Shown one piece after another: positions 59,421-64,000 of a stretch of 64,000 nt of DNA. The stretch comes from Candidatus Poribacteria bacterium (lineage in GTDB: Bacteria > Poribacteria > WGA-4E > WGA-3G), in assembly GCA_965215265.1 (NCBI GenBank), contig OZ244048.1, positions 1,440,001 through 1,504,000 on the forward strand, read 5' to 3'. Below the pieces are notes generated by a model, which saw only the letters and a program-made list of their open reading frames with translations, made no database searches and had not been told where the DNA came from. The stretch's first letter is position 1. Every line of letters begins with the position of its first letter. The position numbers were made by a program, and so were the translations under genes.

Positions 59421-60548
59421 CTATTCGTCAGAGAGACTCGCTTCATAGATTTGGGCGTAGCCACTCCGGTCTGAAGTGAAGACAACATGCTTACCGTCTG
59501 GGCTAAAAGAGGGATGCGGGTGCGTATGTTGTGGTGCGTATACTTTAATGGGCCCGTCTGCGTAAGGAAAGGGGCCATTCCAATGTTCGCCAATGGAGGA
59601 GGCATCCGGGTAACACAACGTGTGCGGTTTACCGACACTATCAAGCGGATTGAAGGTTTGAATGCCGATGTCAGGAAAGTTGGTATCTGCTACCATTAAG
59701 GTGCCTTGAGGGTTACAGATAGCGTGCCAGGCGTTGAAGGTGGTAACCTGTCGGACGGTGCCGGTGTCAGCATTGACAGAGCGTACGCCGCGTGGCCAAT
59801 CGACAAAAGCAAGTTCGCGTGTGCCTGGAATCCAAGTTTCGTGGGTGATCCACTCATTTTTTTTCGGATTGCGTTTGTACAGGCGACGGTTCCCGCTGCC
59901 ATCACGGTGGATAACCCAGACCCGGTCGGTGAGGGGTCCTGCGTAGTATAGCAGATTCGCGTCATCGGGGCAGAATTGGAGATGTGCGATGCTGTCTCGC
60001 CGGAGGATGATTTCGTAGTCTCCTGTATCGGTGTTAACAATAGCGAGTGCGGCTTCGTTGCCAATGTTGAAACGGATAGCCCACCACTTATCATCGTGAC
60101 TCAGCGCAGTGGTGCCCATGGCTGCGGCAACCATGCCGTCTTTCTGATTTTTTGTTTGGTATTCGCTTCCGTTTGCTTTTCCGTGCTTAGCGAAGTTAAC
60201 CAATTCCCGTTCTTCTAAGTTATCCAAATCTAACCGCCATGCAGTGGTCTGGGCGGTGAAGAAGACAGCGGTGCCATCGTGTGAGGGATGCACAGACCAT
60301 TCGCTTAGGTCTGTGCGGTCGGTGAGTTGGTGGAGTGTGCCGCTGTCTCGTTCTTCGGCGAAGAGCTGGGGTGTGCCTGTACGATGTGAGACAAAAAAGA
60401 GACGTTGCATCTGGTCATCATATGCGGGTATGATAAAAAAGGGATGGTGATGCAGCGCGGAGGCAGTAGTCACCTGCCGGATGCGTGTGCCGGTGCGTGT
60501 ATCGTGAAACGTTCTGGATTCGGCTGGGTAAATAGTGCCTTTAGCCAT
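59421..60548 (-). CDS. Oligogalacturonate lyase (Ogl)-like beta-propeller protein
   Basis: TGTRIRQVT, HLQFCP, THETW, THPHPSFSPDG..VFTSDRSG. Confidence 0.8.
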   Translation of the reverse strand: MAKGTIYPAESRTFHDTRTGTRIRQVTTASALHHHPFFIIPAYDDQMQRLFFVSHRTGTPQLFAEERDSGTLHQLTDRTDLSEWSVHPSHDGTAVFFTAQTTAWRLDLDNLEERELVNFAKHGKANGSEYQTKNQKDGMVAAAMGTTALSHDDKWWAIRFNIGNEAALAIVNTDTGDYEIILRRDSIAHLQFCPDDANLLYYAGPLTDRVWVIHRDGSGNRRLYKRNPKKNEWITHETWIPGTRELAFVDWPRGVRSVNADTGTVRQVTTFNAWHAICNPQGTLMVADTNFPDIGIQTFNPLDSVGKPHTLCYPDASSIGEHWNGPFPYADGPIKVYAPQHTHPHPSFSPDGKHVVFTSDRSGYAQIYEASLSDE

Positions 60549-60559
60549 AAGATTTTTTT

Positions 60560-60588
60560 GACGGGCGTGGTGTCGACCGCGCCCGTCG
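60560..60588. terminator. Intergenic hairpin
   Basis: GACGGGCG-TGGTGTCGACCG-CGCCCGTC between co-oriented genes. Confidence 0.45.
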
Positions 60589-60604
60589 GGTAGAAAAGTT
60601 AGAG

Positions 60605-61603
60605 TTATTCCTCAAAAGCGGCATCAAAAGCTACTGTGGAGGGTTCAAAATCGTAGCCTTTAACAGCGGTGCATGATTCGCGAGCGCCGTGTTCCCTGTC
60701 CATGCCGCTGTCTTCCCATTCAATAGAGAGGGGTCCGTCGTATTGCATGTGGTTCAAGGCTCGTATGATTTCTTCGAAGTTAATTTTTCCGCGTCCAATG
60801 GAGCGGAAGTCCCAGTATCGGCGTGCGTCTCCGAAGTTTAAATGCCCGCCGAAGACCCCTGCGCTGCGTGGCGTATCGGCCCACCAGACATCTTTCATGT
60901 GGACGTGGTAGATGCGGTCGCTGAGTCGTTCAAGGAAGGCGACGTAATCCACGCCTTGGTATCCGAGGTGGCTTGGGTCGTAATTGAACCCGAAGGTTTC
61001 CCTATCGTTGAGTGCTTCAATTGCGCGTTCGGCTGTGACAATGTCGAAGGCTATTTCGGTTGGGTGTACCTCTAATCCGAACCTGACTCCGACTTCATCG
61101 AATACATCAAATATGGGGTTCCATCGGTTGGCGAAATCTTCAAAACCGGCATCAATTTGTGCGGGTTCATTGGGTGGGAACGAGTAGAGCAGGTGCCAGA
61201 TAGAGCTGCCGGTGAACCCGTTGACGACGTTGACACCGAGTTTTGCGGCGGCGCGTGCGGTGTTTTTCATCTCTTCAGCGGCACGTTGTCGGACTCCTTC
61301 AGGTTCTCCATCTCCCCATAAGGCTTCGGATATAATGCCTTGGTGCCGGCTGTCGATATTATCGCAGACGGCTTGTCCGGCGAGGTGATTGCTAATTGCC
61401 CAGACTTTGAGTCCGTATTTTGCGAGCAATTCGTGTCGGCCTTTGCAATAATTATCGTCAGCGAGTGCCTTGTCTACTTCAAAATGGTCGCCCCAACATG
61501 CGAGTTCTAAGCCGTCGTATCCCCATTCGCTGGCTTTCAGGGCTAATTCTTCAAGTGTTAAATCTGCCCATTGCCCGGTAAACAGTGTGACAGGTCTTGC
61601 CAT
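60605..61603 (-). CDS. Sugar phosphate isomerase/epimerase family (xylose isomerase-like TIM barrel)
   Basis: [43 protein letters not shown]. Confidence 0.9.
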   Translation of the reverse strand: MARPVTLFTGQWADLTLEELALKASEWGYDGLELACWGDHFEVDKALADDNYCKGRHELLAKYGLKVWAISNHLAGQAVCDNIDSRHQGIISEALWGDGEPEGVRQRAAEEMKNTARAAAKLGVNVVNGFTGSSIWHLLYSFPPNEPAQIDAGFEDFANRWNPIFDVFDEVGVRFGLEVHPTEIAFDIVTAERAIEALNDRETFGFNYDPSHLGYQGVDYVAFLERLSDRIYHVHMKDVWWADTPRSAGVFGGHLNFGDARRYWDFRSIGRGKINFEEIIRALNHMQYDGPLSIEWEDSGMDREHGARESCTAVKGYDFEPSTVAFDAAFEE

Positions 61604-61725
61604 CTTACTCCTCCTAAAAGTATGGTATTATAGATTATGTTGCGAGATAGGTATGGCAGGATAGGTATTCTTTATCTCTCCTTTCAGGAAAGATAAGATT
61701 ACCTTTTACCTGCCACCCATTGGGA

Positions 61726-62919
61726 TTACCTTTTACTCGCCACCCACTGGGCGGGCGGTGTGTACCGTGCGTCTACCCATCGGCGTTTCAGTCCACTTTC
61801 GACCGCTGTGTTGATGAAATGCACGCCGCGTGTGCCGTCTTGGACGGTGGGGAAGTCGGTATCAAATTCGCCCGGTGCTTCGCCAGCGATTTTTGCGGCC
61901 ATGGTGCGCGTAGCGTTGACGTAGATATTGGCGAAGGCTTCAATAAACGCCTCTGGATGCCCGAACGGAATGCGAGAATTGTGCTGTACGATTTCTGCGA
62001 GGTAGTCGTTTCCGCGTTTGTAGACGTGCTCGGGTCCATCGGGAAATCGGACATAGAGATAGTTTGGATTTTCTTGTTGCCATTCGAGTGATGCATCTGT
62101 GCCGTAGACGCGGATGCGGAGGTTGTTTTCTTCTCCCACAGAGATTTGGGAGGCGAAGAGTACGCCGCGAACGCCGTTTTCATAATGCACCAAGAGGTTC
62201 CCATCGTCTTCTAGGAGGCGTCCTTCCACAAAGGTTGTCATGTCGGCACAGACTTCTTCCATTTCAAGTCCGGTGATGTAGTGTGCTAAGTTTTCTGCGT
62301 GAGACCCGATATCCCCGATACATGATGAGGCACCTGCTTGCTCAGGATTAGTGCGCCAGACAGCTTGCTTTGCTCCTTCGTTTTCCAAAAAGGTGGCGAG
62401 CCAGCCTTGCGGGTATTCGACGACGATTTTGCGGAGAGTCCCGAGTTGCCCGTCTTGGATGAGTGCACGTGCTTGTTTAACCATCGGGTAACCGGTATAG
62501 TTATGCGTCAGCGCGAAGATTATATCGTGTTCGTTGACAAGGCGGCAGAGTTCCTCAGCATCGGCTACCGTTGTTGTCATCGGTTTATCGCAGACGACGT
62601 GAAAGCCTGCTTCGATGAAGGTTTTGGCGACATCAAAATGTACGTGATTTGGTGTGACAATGGAGACAAAGTCGATGCGTTCGCCTTCTGGGAGTTGGTT
62701 CTCTTTTTCCGCCATCTCCTTGTAAGAGCCGTAGACACGGTTTGCATCGAGGAAGAGTTCCGCGCCTTGCTGGCGAGATTTTTCAGGCGAGGATGAAAAC
62801 GCGCCGGCGACCAGGTCGATTTCCCCATCGAGTGCAGCGGCTTTCCGATGAACGGCACCGATAAAGGCATCCGGACCGCCGCCCACCATCCCGTAACGGA
62901 TTTTTCTACCAAGTGGCAT
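61726..62919 (-). CDS. Gfo/Idh/MocA family oxidoreductase
   Basis: YGMVGGGPDAFIGAVHR, VCDKP, HNYTGYPMV, GDIGSHA, GHPEAFIEAFAN. Confidence 0.93.
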   Translation of the reverse strand: MPLGRKIRYGMVGGGPDAFIGAVHRKAAALDGEIDLVAGAFSSSPEKSRQQGAELFLDANRVYGSYKEMAEKENQLPEGERIDFVSIVTPNHVHFDVAKTFIEAGFHVVCDKPMTTTVADAEELCRLVNEHDIIFALTHNYTGYPMVKQARALIQDGQLGTLRKIVVEYPQGWLATFLENEGAKQAVWRTNPEQAGASSCIGDIGSHAENLAHYITGLEMEEVCADMTTFVEGRLLEDDGNLLVHYENGVRGVLFASQISVGEENNLRIRVYGTDASLEWQQENPNYLYVRFPDGPEHVYKRGNDYLAEIVQHNSRIPFGHPEAFIEAFANIYVNATRTMAAKIAGEAPGEFDTDFPTVQDGTRGVHFINTAVESGLKRRWVDARYTPPAQWVASKR

Positions 62920-63112
62920 ATTGTTTATGTGCTCCTTTTTTGTGGTGTTTTTCGGATATACCGGGCGTTATCTCCGGTTATATGCATTATCTCATGTTTA
63001 ATGAAATTTTTCAAGTCTTTTTTGCATGAAGGAGCCGGTCATTTCGTTTTTACGGAGTGTCCTTATAAAGAGGATGTGGGAGATTGGTTTTTCCTCCATT
63101 GGACGGATGTCT

Positions 63113-64000
63113 TTATAGAACGCTCTCACTAAGTCTTAATTGTGTGTGCTTTTCTTCATCCGGGGTGCAGGACATAGCAGCTTCAGGAAATGGCGTAAAA
63201 TTGGTGACAAGTGCCTCTAACATCGGTTTTCTATTAGATTCTTTCGCGCCGACATGATAAAAATGTTCCTGAGTTATGATATGAAATCCTGACCAGAGCC
63301 TCGGAATGGCTCGGTTTTCCCGGTGTTGGTTGCTGTACCACGTGGATAAAACGAACTGTGCTTTTGTGGTTTTCAGTGCTTTATAGAGTTGTGTTTCGTC
63401 CGCTTCACTCCAAATGTTGAAATAGTCAGTATGTCGTCCGGCATAAGGCGGATCACAGTAAATCAAGTCTGCTGCTGTTGCACACGCCAAGGTTGTCCGG
63501 AAATCCTGCTGTACAAATGTCCAGTCGCTAAGGCTGGCAAGTTCAGAAACCGATTTAACTTGATTCACGATTTTGGTAACATAGGCCTTAGAAAACCGCT
63601 GTGGTTTGTGTCCGAAGGGGACATTAAAGTCACCTTTTCTGTTAAAACGAATGATGCCGTTGAAGCAGGCACGGTTTAAAAAAAGGAAATCCAGAGGAGC
63701 TTTGTGCGTGTTAAACCGTTGTCGGACTTCATAATAGAAATCCGCTCCGTGTTTGGCTAATTTGTTTCCCTCAGATTCAAGGAATTCGCGCACAAGAATT
63801 GGATTAATTGTACCGTTGTTTATCGCTTGATAGAAGGAAATAAGGTGTGGATTTGTGTCGGAGAATAGTGCTTGTGCTGGTTTTAAGTTAAACCCGACAA
63901 CCCCGGAGCCCATAAAAGGTTCAATCCAGATGCCTTTTCGATTCCACTGAATTGTCTTTGCTATCCAAGGCACCAGTTTGGTTTTGATACCTTGACATTT
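63113..64000 (-). CDS. D12-class N6-adenine DNA methyltransferase, M.EcoRV-like (5' end outside window)
   Basis: KCQGIKTKLVPW, WIEPFMGSG, FLFLNRACFNG, YCDPPY, EHFYHVGA; frame open to the window edge. Confidence 0.9.
   Translation of the reverse strand, partial: KCQGIKTKLVPWIAKTIQWNRKGIWIEPFMGSGVVGFNLKPAQALFSDTNPHLISFYQAINNGTINPILVREFLESEGNKLAKHGADFYYEVRQRFNTHKAPLDFLFLNRACFNGIIRFNRKGDFNVPFGHKPQRFSKAYVTKIVNQVKSVSELASLSDWTFVQQDFRTTLACATAADLIYCDPPYAGRHTDYFNIWSEADETQLYKALKTTKAQFVLSTWYSNQHRENRAIPRLWSGFHIITQEHFYHVGAKESNRKPMLEALVTNFTPFPEAAMSCTPDEEKHTQLRLSESVL

Overview
Bacterial genomic window, probably Candidatus Poribacteria or a relative. This is an inference from a LamG protein with a C-terminal 'L-x-V-x-P...L-x-L-T-W-x-x-I-K' tail, plus PhyH, sulfatase-like and several Gfo/Idh/MocA genes. 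The flanks carry metabolic and housekeeping genes: a selenocysteine formate dehydrogenase (split in the ORF track at an in-frame UGA), pyrF, argH, glcB, bioD, a LarA-family gene, minC-minD with two minE genes, and sugar catabolism genes. The centre (~16-46 kb) is a defence island. It holds a Type ISP restriction-modification enzyme and a CRISPR array of 64 intact 37-bp repeats (my count), transcribed on the minus strand. Its cas operon encodes TWO complete interference machines. One is canonical type I-D (WYL, cas3', cas10d with internal cas11, csc2/cas7, csc1/cas5). The other is a divergent type I module (Cas8-like large subunit with its own internal cas11-like start, Cas7-like, Cas5-like, stand-alone HD nuclease, Cas3 helicase). 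The second module sits exactly between cas5d and cas6 and is bracketed by a ~29-bp direct repeat of the cas5d-end/RBS junction, so it looks like a plug-in effector cassette. Both modules share one cas6, one cas4-cas1 fusion, one cas2 and one array. Beyond the array trailer, a lipoprotein gene lies between CRISPR repeats, followed by a divergent mini-array whose spacer is a near-consensus sigma70 promoter. All calls come from motif reading; no database searches were run.
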